Source of the DNA: Tubiluchus corallicola | Lineage: Eukaryota > Animalia > Priapulida | Length of the DNA stretch: 35,023 nt | Direction: 5' to 3' | Assembly: GCA_030141605.1 (NCBI GenBank) | Contig: JAQGDQ010001551.1 | Coordinates: 1 to 35,023, forward strand | Shown here: positions 22,875-33,573 of the stretch, in pieces | Layout of the letters: every line of letters starts with the position of its first letter | How positions within the stretch are numbered: position 1 is the stretch's first letter | Translations under genes and position numbers: made by a program | The notes under the pieces: model-generated | What the model was told of the DNA's origin: nothing | The model's input: the letters and a program-made list of their open reading frames with translations, nothing else | Database searches by the model: none

Positions 22875-24440
22875 ATGTTTTGGGAAAACGTAAGCGATGA
22901 AAATGTTCAAGACACGTCTGTAGAAACATCTGTGACTTTGGCGAGGAACATCACTGTTCATACAACCGATGTTAATAGTTGCGCGTTCACGCAAAAATAT
23001 CTTGCAACTTGTTCGGGAGACAAAACCGTAAGATTGTTTAATACCCTGGATTGGAAAGAGTGTACTTTATCGCCTCTTCTTGGCCACACGTATTATGTAA
23101 ATTGCGTGGCATTTTCGAATTCAGGCAAGACAACCATCGCGAATGTGAATAAAGTAGTTTTGGCGTCCTGTTCTACCGATGGGCGCTGCATTCTCTGGGA
23201 TACACAGTCTGGTTCTAAATTGGCATTGCTTGAGCATGAAAGCAAAAGTAGTCTTAGGATTTGCCGTTTTTCTCCAAATGGCGCAAACCTAGTAACAGCC
23301 GGTGATGATGAAAAATTAGTCTTATGGGATGTAGCAACAAGAAAAACGTTTAGGGTATTTGAAGGTCATGAAGGAATGATAACCACCTGCTCTTTTACAC
23401 CAGATGGTACATATTTAATTTCTGCATCAACAATGGGAGATATCAAAGGGTGGGATGCACGTTATGGTCACGGGAAGTGCCTTACTACTATATTAGATGC
23501 TCATGACTTGGGTGTTACAGGATCTGATATCTCAGGTACACACGGTATGCCAAATTCATTGGTTCCTGACTCACAGTTGGGCGTCTTTTCTTTAGCTACT
23601 TGTGGAAATGATGGTCTAATAAAACTATGGTCTGTTGAAAGTTCACCGCTTTTAGTAGTCAACCAGAAAAGGGTTTTGCGTGGTCACACGAGCAATGTGA
23701 TGTGTGTTGTTTTCTCTCACAGTGGCAGTTTCTTAGCGTCCGGGTCGGGTGACAAGTCTGTGATTTTGTGGAATGTTCAGAACTGTGAACGGCTTTTCAA
23801 GATTGACTATCACTCTCGATATGTTACGTCTTGTGCCTTTTCGTTTGATGATGTTTACTTGGCAACTTGCTCCACGGATGTTGCAGTTTGGAAAATTGGC
23901 AAAGCAGCACCGTTGCAGCCATTTGCGAATGTGCTGCCCATGCCCGAAACAGCTTTGCCCGTAGATTCGGTTACCGGAATTGATGAATCGTTTGACAGAT
24001 CATTTCAGAATTATTCAGTTAAAGATGTTGCTGATTGGCTTACCAAAAATGAACTTGAATTCCATGTCGAGACATTTACTAAAAATAACGTAGATGGCGA
24101 AGAACTTTTTAAACTTACGGACAATTTGCTAGAGACAAAACTTGGTGTTAAGACAGCATCCGATAGGGAGGAGATTCTGAGAAAAATTAACAAACTCAGA
24201 GTACAGCTGGAACGGCAGTCCAGTTTGCCCGATGAGTACTTGTGCCCGATTACACGTGAGATCATGCAAGATCCGGTTGTAGCGGCTGACGGGTACACGT
24301 ATGAGCACTCTGCAATTGCTTCCTGGATAGAGTCTGGAAAGAAAACTAGTCCCATGACAAACAGAGATTTAAGCCATAATGAGTTAACCCCGAATCGTAG
24401 TCTAAAGATGCTTATTCAGCGCTACCTGCAGGATCACTAA
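22875..24440 (+). CDS. WDSUB1: WD repeat, SAM and U-box domain-containing protein 1 (putative E3 ligase), single-exon CDS, 521 aa, nested in transferase intron 5
   Basis: GCCATG start; multiple WD40 repeats (GH...WD/WN); SAM-like YSVKDVADWL...FTKNNVDGEELFKLT...LGV; U-box PDEYLCPITREIMQDPVVAADGYTYEHSAI..W...TSPMTN...LTPNRSLK. No stops. Confidence 0.95.
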   Translation: MFWENVSDENVQDTSVETSVTLARNITVHTTDVNSCAFTQKYLATCSGDKTVRLFNTLDWKECTLSPLLGHTYYVNCVAFSNSGKTTIANVNKVVLASCSTDGRCILWDTQSGSKLALLEHESKSSLRICRFSPNGANLVTAGDDEKLVLWDVATRKTFRVFEGHEGMITTCSFTPDGTYLISASTMGDIKGWDARYGHGKCLTTILDAHDLGVTGSDISGTHGMPNSLVPDSQLGVFSLATCGNDGLIKLWSVESSPLLVVNQKRVLRGHTSNVMCVVFSHSGSFLASGSGDKSVILWNVQNCERLFKIDYHSRYVTSCAFSFDDVYLATCSTDVAVWKIGKAAPLQPFANVLPMPETALPVDSVTGIDESFDRSFQNYSVKDVADWLTKNELEFHVETFTKNNVDGEELFKLTDNLLETKLGVKTASDREEILRKINKLRVQLERQSSLPDEYLCPITREIMQDPVVAADGYTYEHSAIASWIESGKKTSPMTNRDLSHNELTPNRSLKMLIQRYLQDH

Positions 24441-24486
24441 ATGGAAATTTAAGATGAGGTATTATGGAGTTAATTTCAGCTAGTAT

Positions 24487-24772
24487 CAGGGCCTATTTCA
24501 AGGGGGGAAGTGGGGATACTTCCCCGGGGCCTCACCCTCCAGGGGGGCCTCATGGCGAGGTAACATTATTTTTTTTTGCTTTATGCGAACATACTGTATA
24601 ACTCCATATTTTCTCTTCGAAAATGCTTCTCCGGCGTTCTAGCAGTTCAAAAATTTTCTGGGCGCCAACTATGGTGGTGCCCGCCCCCCCGGCGCTTCGC
24701 CCATCCCTCCCCCCCGAAGAGGCCTCACACACCCCGCTTCCCAGGGCCTCGCTTAGGCTGAAATAGGCCCTG
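24487..24772 (+). mobile_element. hAT-type MITE (short form of 12845-13753), 46 bp after the WDSUB1 stop
   Basis: Perfect TIRs CAGGGCCTATTTCA / TGAAATAGGCCCTG; perfect 8-bp TSD GCTAGTAT. Confidence 0.92.
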
Positions 24773-24782
24773 GCTAGTATAC

Positions 24783-25300
24783 AAGTTACTGGTGTAGATA
24801 ATAGATTTAGTGAAGTACCTGTTCACTTCAGTTTAAAGTTTGGAAGTGAAATTGTGGAATATTTCATTCGAATCTTTTATCGCAAAGTTACTGATGTAGA
24901 TAATAAATCTAATGAAGTATCTATTCACTTCAGTTTAAAGTTTAGAATTGAAAAATTTTGTGAAATATTTCATTCGAATCTTTTATCACAAAGTTACTGG
25001 TGTAGATAATAAATCTAATGAAGTATCTATTCACTTTAGTTTAAAGTTTGGAAGTGAAATTGTGAAATATTTCATTCGAATCTTTTATCACAAAGTTACT
25101 GGTGTAGATAATAGATTTAGTGAAATATCTATTCACTTTAGTTTAAAGTTTGGAACTGAAATTGTGAAATATTCGTTCGAATCTTTTATCGCAAAGTTAC
25201 TGATGTAGATAATAAATCTAATGAAGTATCTCTTCATTTCAGTTTAAAGTTTGGAATTGAAAAATTTTGTGAAATATTCATTCGAATCTTTTATCACAAA
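24783..25300. repeat. 101-106-bp tandem repeat, about 5 copies
   Basis: AAGTTACTG anchors at 24783, 24885, 24991, 25093 and 25194. Confidence 0.92.
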
Positions 25301-25441
25301 ATTTGCGTATAAATACACTTATAATCAGTAATACGCAAACATCCTACGTAGTCCTGATTTATAATGCAATGCCAGTAGCAGCTTTTACTGAATTAAAGTT
25401 ATCAGGTTATAGACAGAGTATAATGGATGACGTCAGAACAT

Positions 25442-25491
25442 TGGCATTTTGGAATTCAGGCAAGATAACTATCGCGATTGTTTTGGCGTCC
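25442..25491 (+). pseudogene. 50-bp diverged fragment of the WDSUB1 CDS (23107-23168)
   Basis: TGGCATTTTGGAATTCAGGCAAGATAACTATCGCGATTGTTTTGGCGTCC versus TGGCATTTTCGAATTCAGGCAAGACAACCATCGCGAATG[12 nt]TTTTGGCGTCC. Confidence 0.7.
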
Positions 25492-25821
25492 ATATTATTT
25501 ATTACATTTTAGTCACAATTTCACTATATTATAAAATCTATCTGCAAGATCAATCATAAGGAATCGGTAACGATATTGAACTGGATGATATTGCAGCAAC
25601 TTTTTTATTCTGGTTTGCAACTTACAATATTTGGTTTACACGTATGATGGAGAAAAACTCTAGTATCAGCATTCCGTTTTGCTTTACTCTGCCAAGATAG
25701 TAGAGAGTATTCGTTCAAGCAAAATATAAACTTTTTCCGCTCTCTAGATGCTTTGGTTTTGTGTAGTTCATTGTAATGTAAGCAGTTTAAGTTTGATGTT
25801 CAGAATTTAGACCTTCGTCTT

Positions 25822-26105
25822 GGGATTTTAGGCATTAATTTTTGAACTATCTGTTAGTTAAGTCGAAATGGTTCCTCGGTAAAACTGGACTTAAGTAGTT
25901 TGTCGCTTCAAAGCTGATTACACTTAAGTGCTTCAAGCTTTCAACATCATTCATCTCGGGATTTTAGGCGTTAATTTTTGGACTATCTGTTAGTTAAGTC
26001 GAAATTATTCCTTGGTAAAACTGGACTTTAGTAGTTCGTCGCTTCAAAGTTGCTTAAAAGCATTATACTTAAGTGATTTCTGGCACTTAAGTGTTTCAAG
26101 CTTTC
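25822..26105. repeat. Imperfect tandem duplication with about 136-bp period
   Basis: GGGATTTTAGGC...CAAGCTTTC at 25822 and 25958. Confidence 0.85.
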
Positions 26106-27398
26106 GCCATGGTTCGTAAAGTTCTTCTACGTGTGTAAGAGGTGTACTTCTGAAATCGACAGGTTGATTATGTCTTTTTTATAAAACTGCTGAGCTGAGG
26201 AATTTCTTTGAATCAACTGATAAGTTTAATGGGTCATTTGTAAGAACTTCTTGATAACTTTTCATGCGTGTATCACTCTATACATCCAAAAAAATTGTCG
26301 CCTTTACGCTTTGTTGTCAGTACTTCTTAACTTGCTGAGTTAACTCTCCTCTCGCTCCATACTATTTTGATTATTACTGTTGGAGTCTGTGTGCTCGAAC
26401 TTCCACCTGACTTTGTAACTTGGAGTCGAAGATTAACGACTTAGACTACAAAATCTAGTCCTGACTACATTGCAACCTGAGATATATAGAATCAAGCATG
26501 CACGCTGGGAAATGTGTTCTGACTAACCGACAGTCAAAATTGACAGAGTTTTCAATAATGCGCTGCACGGTTTAGGGGCCATCCACATATAATAATATCA
26601 AATTTAGTCTAGGTAGGTGGCAGGAGATGTGATAACGCCATTATAACACAAGGCAGGTAGGTGATTTAGTCGTGATATTGTTACCTGACTCAGTGAATTA
26701 GGATCTCCACCGGCTCTACTGCCGACGCCTGTAGCATCAACTGATGGTTTCCCCCTATAGTTAACACAAACAATGTTGTTGCCTGCCCTTGGGAGGAGGA
26801 AAAATAAAATGTACAAAAAGCTACACTATTGAAATTAATATAGGGGTAGGTGGGTGGCAGAACATAACGCTCTCACGACACACGGTATATAGGTCTTCGA
26901 AATCACCCTAACACTTGATATCGTTGTATGCGGTTGGCCCCTTATATCACTTTCTGTAAAATTATAAACTTCCTTTTGCTTCACTTTTTGTGAATAATTA
27001 AAATCATGATAAATAAAATACGATTGTCAAATAAAAACGCCTACAAAGCTTACTATGTCTCTGTAGCCTTACTATTTAGGATTACCATAAATTATAACGA
27101 ACGTAGTGAATATCTTTTAATATTGAATTAATAAAATTTATTAATAAGGAAGACCGGACGATTGTTTAGACTCAATCTCATTTCAATTTACTGTCCAAAA
27201 TATACATTTTCTTGCCTATAAGAGTTAACGCTTGTTCCTTATATTTGAATAATTAGCTTAGAAAGTTAATTAACAGTAACCGAACACATTTATTGTTTTG
27301 TATTATCAAACTTTTGTTTGGCCTTTATACCCATTTGCTATTGACAACTTGGTTGCTAGTGTCAGTAAATTGTCAACTTTGTCAATAAGTAGCTAGAC

Positions 27399-27899
27399 CA
27401 GGGGTGTGCAAATTGCGGCCCGCGGGCCACTTGCGGCCCGCCGAGAGAATTTGTGTGGCCCGCGAAGAGATTTGTCAACCTAATGAAAGTGCGGCCCGGG
27501 CGATTAATTGAGTGTATCCAGCTGAAGTCCGTGCCACGATCCCAAAGATAGTGCGGGTAGTTTTTTCTACTAGATCGGATGCCATTAACCCTTACAAGAC
27601 GGTTGTAGCTTAATGTCACTGTACTACACAGATTGTGTGATACACATTACTAATATGCATTGTAATGAAATTACCACTATCTGTCCTGAAAGTAGAAATA
27701 TATGGTTTGTAAAATAAATTTTAATAACTTCTAAAATAGTTTCCTGAGTGTAATAGTAATATGATGTACGCAGGTCGATGCAAAAAAATCGTTATTAGGC
27801 CCTTCTGTACTTGGCTCCTTGATCAAACTGCATGTGGCCCGCAGGAATTGCGGGAAAGTTTAATGTGGCCCGGCTAGTCAGATAATTTGCACACCCCTG
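27399..27899 (+). mobile_element. hAT (Charlie-like) MITE, 501 bp
   Basis: TIRs CAGGGGTGTGCAAATT / AATTTGCACACCCCTG; GGCCCG subterminal repeats; TSD AGCTAGAC/AGCTAGGT. Confidence 0.9.
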
Positions 27900-28032
27900 A
27901 GCTAGGTCGTGTAGATATTATTAAAACTGATTTCTTTTTTCTACATTGACGTGTAAAAAGGTGCTAAAACGTTTTCCCACTAGCTGTTGTTCCTGCGAGA
28001 CTAATGTCGATTCGATTTGATTTTCGGTACAG

Positions 28033-28131
28033 AATTAATGCGTTTGGAATGAGCGTAATCAGGTGGCCTTTGCACGTTTCTAGATATTCCATGCTCAAAC
28101 ACACCAGACAAAAACCCAGTGAAGATAGATG
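28033..28131 (+). CDS. GT7 transferase coding exon 6 (MxxH metal-binding motif)
   Basis: tacAG|A ATT AAT...; (R)INAFGMSVIRWPLHVSRYSMLKHTRQKPSEDR; TG|GTaagt. Missing from the ORF track. Confidence 0.9.
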
Positions 28132-28169
28132 GTAAGTCTGCTTAATGGGCACGCAGCAAAGCAATAAAC

Positions 28170-28581
28170 AAGCCTTTTCATAGTTCCAGCGATCGATGAT
28201 GATCATGGAAAGGTCAAAGGTTAAATCAACCAGACGACGCATTTGTTTACACTTGACAACGCCCCGCAGCACATGCTGTTGTAATAGTAACAGTTTTAAC
28301 AGGTATCTGGTACCTTACCTATTTCATTTTGTCTTGTTCCTAAGCAAGATTCTGCTAGTAAATCACTCTGTGCACTCTAAATCACTCTTAGTAAATCACT
28401 CTACATGCAGACTAATGCATAATCAAGTAAAGTCTACTTAAAATAACTGAAGTTACTGAAGTGATGCTTTGCTTTATTCCCATGTCATGTGACGATTGTA
28501 GTTAAGACGCGTTGCTGTGTTACATTTAACCTTTGACCTACAACAACTGCACATGAGCACAACGAAACTATGAAAAGGCTT
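28170..28581. mobile_element. MITE-like element with bipartite inverted repeats; interior copied at about 30177-30447
   Basis: AAGCCTTTTCATAGTT/AACTATGAAAAGGCTT and AGGTCAAAGGTTAAAT/ATTTAACCTTTGACCT; TSD not clear. Confidence 0.65.
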
Positions 28582-29015
28582 ATAATCCACTAATAACTGG
28601 CCTGCATTTTTAAAGTAACACAAGTTTTTATTTTTAAATTATTACAAAATGTGGCATCTATCTCAAAAATCTAAAAAGTATTTAAGTAAAGCTTGCAAAG
28701 TTGGTTTGTGACATAGTGCCTGTTTTTCGTATTCATATCATTCTGCGTTCATCAGCTGCTCTGTTGTTTTTCTTCTTTCAACATTGTGTGTTACATAACC
28801 GGGTTTTGTATTTACATGAAATGCTTGTTAGACCTTAAAGCGATATCACCTATTCACACTACATCTAGCCCCTCTTTATTGAAAATTAAATGTGAGTTAA
28901 CTAGTACTTTGCGTGGGAGTTGAACGTGGTAAAACTTACTCTGAAGACTTTTTTGTTCACTTTAGTGAACTTTAGATTCATATATATATCCCACTCAAAA
29001 GTTCTGTCAAGTTAA

Positions 29016-29474
29016 CCCTTTCATATCCGTTGTATCCCGTGGGATACGAGAATATTTTCTGCCTTTAAAATTAATAAAATTTTAAAACTGACAGTCATTT
29101 GATCTGTTAATAGTTATTTTGATTTAAGCCAATAACAATAGACTAAAAATGGTGATAAAATGGCAAACTAGAAAATCTACATAGCTTAAAAAACTGTGCA
29201 AGGTACAGTACTTTAGAGACGACTTTGTACAGATCAGCATAGCATGCATACTAAATGTCTTAAATACTTTAAAAAATTATCAGCAGTTGCAAAATGAAGC
29301 ACATTTTATGCTTCCATTGAATCCCAATGTATCCCGTGGGATACAGGCTATATTTAGCACGCTGGCACAGGTAGAAAAAAATAATTATTACGTGTAAACA
29401 AGATGGACATACTGAACAAAAGTACCAAGCCAAAAATTTTTTATTATTAGAAAAATAATTTGGGACTGAAAGGG
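29016..29474 (+). mobile_element. piggyBac-like MITE, 459 bp
   Basis: TTAA|CCCTTTCA...TGAAAGGG|TTAA; the quasi-palindrome GTATCCCGTGGGATAC occurs twice. Confidence 0.8.
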
Positions 29475-29576
29475 TTAACTTAAATCGATTTGGGGTTATT
29501 TTGCATTAGTTACGTCAAGTTGTCGGCCAACATAAGTTTGAGTCTTCTGGCTTTTAAAGGTGTAAGTTGAGTATGT

Positions 29577-29778
29577 GGGTGAATCGACCCTAGAGAGAGC
29601 CGTAAGGGTGAATCGACCCTATAGAGAGCCGTAAGGGTGAATCGAGCCTAGAGAGAACCGTAAGGGTGAATCGACCCTAGAGAGAGTCGTAAGGGTGAAT
29701 CGACCCTAGAGAGAGCCGTGAGGGCGAATCGACCCTAGAGAGAGCCGTAAGGGTGAATCGACCCTAGAGAGAGCCGTA
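29577..29778. repeat. 29-bp minisatellite (GGGTGAATCGACCCTAGAGAGAGCCGTAA), 7 copies
   Basis: Directly visible; no unique spacers. Confidence 0.95.
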
Positions 29779-30176
29779 CGACATCTAGTGATAGACACAT
29801 TGAGGAATTCAAAGACGTTCTGCTTACTTTAATTCTTTATTCTATCGAAAAGCATAGCATTTTGTCTGTTTTTCATTACCGTTGTACAATTCCTAATAAA
29901 AATGTGCTCCAAAAATTAATATAACGCATCAATTTTGGAGGCGCCCTCGGGCAGACGTGATGAAGTTTCACACGGGGAGAGCAGAGACAATTTGTCCTGA
30001 AAAGTTTCTAAGCTACCCTAGCCAGAGTTCTAGATTTGCAAGTGGGTGGATTAGTGAACTGATAGCTGGATACGTTTCTGAACTTTTAGTAATGAAAGTG
30101 TAATTTAAGGTTTCCAAGACAAATGATATTAATAAAATGTATTTGCTAATAAAAACATAATGTTTATGTGTATATG

Positions 30177-30447
30177 AACCAGACAACACATTTGTGTACA
30201 CTTGACAATACCTCGCAGCCCATACTGTTGTAATAGTAACAGTTTTAACACTAGAAACTTACCTATTTCATTTTTTCTTGTTCCTAAGCAAGATTCTGCT
30301 GGTAAATCACTCTGTGCACTCTAAATCACTCTTAGTAAATCAGTCTACACACAGACTAATGCATAATTAAGTAAAGTCCACATAAAACAACTGAAGTTAC
30401 TGAACTGATGCTTTGGTTTATTGCCATGTCATGTGACGATTGTAGTC
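30177..30447 (+). repeat. Diverged direct copy of 28228-28503
   Basis: Direct comparison of the two copies. Confidence 0.85.
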
Positions 30448-31200
30448 AATATATATATATGTATATTTACTCACAACTTCAAAATTATTAAAAGTTAAAA
30501 ACATTCACTGTACAAGAAACACTTTGACTGCAAACAGTATGTGAAAGTCATGTTTAAAGTTGTAGATCACTCACTTTGTAGAACAAGAATAAAAAACTAT
30601 ACTGCATATTTGCACAGAAAAGTGTTTATTAAACTACATACACATAAGTAGAATGACTGCTGCACTGAGCACTGAGAATGAGAGAGTGCTGCACTGAACA
30701 CTGAGAGTTAGAGTGACTAGAAAGCAAAAACAGTCTGTATATATAGGTATAGGTGACCTATGCAGACTTGTACAGGCTTCACAAAACCATTACTTTAAAT
30801 TAGGGAGAGATCCAGTGAATATGCATTCACTGGACCGTACAGTTATACTGGGGGTAAGTAGCTGGTAGAGTAACAGGATTAGTTCATAGATGGCAGCACC
30901 TAATTAAAATGTACAATTACAACTTCCACAGAGTAAAAAGAGACTGTGCAGAACATGAGAGATGTTTTTAAATATTAAAATATTAAGATCTTAAATTCTG
31001 ATAGAATTATCTGCCCTGAAAATAACCGGTTTTTGGCCTGAAAATGTACAATTCATTCTCCCCTGGGGCGGGCAGCCACCCCGCCCCTCCAGACCACCTG
31101 TCTCGTGCACCTGTGAATCTGCTGCCGACAAATTGACAAATACGTAACTAGTCTTCTTGCAAATAGTAATTACAAGTCTGGACTTGTTGACTTTTTTTAG

Positions 31201-31318
31201 GTCACTGGTCCATCAGGAAGCTGAACAAATAGATGAGGATGGTCTTTCTACTACCCAGTATGATATTTTGGACTTTCAACACAGAAAACTGTTTACCCAC
31301 ATATCAGTCGACTTGTGA
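31201..31318 (+). CDS. GT7 transferase coding exon 7 (terminal)
   Basis: ctttttttAG|G TCA CTG...; (W)SLVHQEAEQIDEDGLSTTQYDILDFQHRKLFTHISVDL-TGA. Missing from the ORF track. Confidence 0.92.
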
Positions 31319-31605
31319 AAGAACAAGAAAATCTTCATGACAAGTAAAACGTTGCAGAGCGACGCGTCTCGGCAACTGTGTTACATTGGAGGACCACGAG
31401 GAGACTATCATGCCGTTCCACAACTCATAATGGATTGCAATAACATGATAGTTTACAAACGCACTTTTGTAAATCGTGCGAAAAGTGCGGAAAGTCACAT
31501 GTGGAGTGAAATTTGTGATAATAATTACGTAATTTGGTGCCGTTGATGTACACTTAAAGAAAATTTTAATTGGACTGATTAATTAGTCTTTTGTTAAAAT
31601 ATGCT

Positions 31606-32220
31606 AAGATAAGATAATATTTATTTTCATCGGTATGATATAAACAGTACATATTTGTAGAAACATGAGCTTAAAGCTCGTAAACCGATATCAAACATAA
31701 TGTATATGAGCGATAACATGGTAATAATATGTACTTCTTAAAATCTTTTGAATGCCACCAGAGGTATTGGTACAAGAAAAATTAAAACTACATGAAGGCA
31801 GTAAAAATTGAGACAGTAAAAATTTTAGGCAGTAACATTTTCTAAAATTTACACAAAAATCTATCTAGGTCAATAAAAATTTTTCCTGCCAACATTTCAG
31901 CATTTAATTACGACTTAACAAAATTGGGAAGTTTGCTGAATTTACAAATGGCACATTTACATGATGCACCAGTCTGTGAGTTAATTAGATGTTTAAATTC
32001 CCCAAGATTTTCGGCCATTCGGAGGCAGTTTGGTAATTAATGAAGCTTTTATTTTAATTCATAAAATTTGTTTAATGAATCTTCTGGTCTTTGCTGAAGT
32101 TATGCAGTCGAAGTTGCAGTGCAAAACTTCCATAAAGTGCTTTGACATTTCGAAAGTCAAAATGACATTTTTTGACACTTCTTTAAGAGCTTATTGTACT
32201 TGTAACTTATGGGTAATTAT
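31606..32220 (-). mobile_element. Possible heavily degraded LINE 3' end
   Basis: Minus-strand AATAAA followed by a (TTATC)n tail at about 31606-31625; coding remnants not confidently readable. Confidence 0.3.
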
Positions 32221-32231
32221 ATTGTGTATGC

Positions 32232-32733
32232 CAGGGGTGTGCAAATTATCTGACTAGCTGGGCCACATTAAACTTTCCCACAATTTCTGCAGGCCACATG
32301 CAGTTTGATCAAGGAGCCAAGTACAGAAGGGCCTAATAACAATTTTTTTTTGCATCCGACCTACGTGCATCATTACTACTACACTCAAGAAACTATTTTA
32401 GAAGTTATTAAAATTTATATTACAAACCATATATTTCTACTTTCAGGACAGACAGTGGTAATTTCATTACAATGCATATTAGTAATGTGTATCACACAGT
32501 CTGTGTAGTACAGTGACATTAAGCTACAACCGTCTTGTAAGGGTTAATGGCATCCGATCTAGTAGAAAAAACTACCCGCACTATCTTTGGGATCGTGGAA
32601 CGGACTTCAGTTGGATACACTCAATTAATCGCGCGGGCCGCACTTTCATTAGGTTGACAAATGTCTTCGCAGGCCGCACAAATTCTCTCGGTGGGCCGCA
32701 AGTGGCCCGCGGGCCGCAGTTTGCGCACCCCTG
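32232..32733 (-). mobile_element. hAT (Charlie-like) MITE, inverted copy of 27399-27899
   Basis: Same TIRs and near-identical interior; TSD GTGTATGC/GTGTATAG. Confidence 0.9.
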
Positions 32734-32912
32734 GTGTATAGTTTCCTGCTCGGTATGCCAGGTTACAAATGGTTTCTAATTAATAAAGGTGCTTGCATCG
32801 TAATTTCTGCTTAACGAGTTATCATGTATGGAATTTATGGATGTATGGATTTACGGATGTATGGAATTTATCAAAAGTTAATGTGGCAGTCGTACTGGAG
32901 AGGTGATAATTA

Positions 32913-33506
32913 GGGGAGACCCGGGTAAAGTGGATCACTTAAGGGTTTTCGCTCATAGAGTTCAAGACGTTTGATCTGTTGCAATCAATTACATGCCCTA
33001 TTCTTCCGTAGGAAACTCTGCTATATTCATGTGGTAAAAACTTATAATTACTATTACTCGTTTAACAGATAATTCCGAAATACGAAACCAAAATTTCTAG
33101 GGCAAAATGGATCTTTTACGGGCATAGTGGATCATACCGGAGCGGTTGAGCTCAACATAACTAATAATATCTTTTGAATGGATTTTGTCTATTTTGCAAA
33201 TGTAAATTGATATGAAGCGGCAATGAACCATCCATCATACGTAAAAACAGTAGAGAATAAATCTGTACTAAGTGGAATTTATCATCATGATGTATAAAAG
33301 TGAAAAATCGCAAGAAAGTGGTTGAAAAACTTACTTTTGTGTACCGCGCTTAGACAAACTTTGCAAAGGTCGACGTCGTTTATGCAGAGTACACAGTAGA
33401 TGATGACGTAACATCACACAGTGCGTAGACTGCGACGCCTTACGGAAAAAAGAGCAAACACATTTGATCCACTTTGCCCAGTGATCCATTTTACCCGGGT
33501 CTCCCC
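32913..33506. mobile_element. TA-flanked MITE (Tc1/mariner-pogo-like)
   Basis: TA|GGGGAGACCCGGGTAAAGTGGATCAC...GTGATCCATTTTACCCGGGTCTCCCC|TA; internal GGGCAAARTGGATC-like repeats. Confidence 0.85.
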
Positions 33507-33573
33507 TACATAAAGAGAACTGTGCAATAGTTATTGAATGTTCTTTCAATCTGTCAGTATTAATTTCATTTAA

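Noticed and set aside
24011-24355. Antisense ORF within WDSUB1 (also the alternative-frame ORF 23773-23964)
   Set aside because: Shadow ORFs of a real CDS with no independent features.
25500-26450. Coding-like composition on the minus strand
   Set aside because: The frames I tried contain stops and no recognisable motif; BLASTX would be needed.
27362-27619. Duplicated 'MTLSYNRLV' ORF (also 32513-32779)
   Set aside because: Lies in two copies of a MITE, has a non-ATG start and no transposase motifs.
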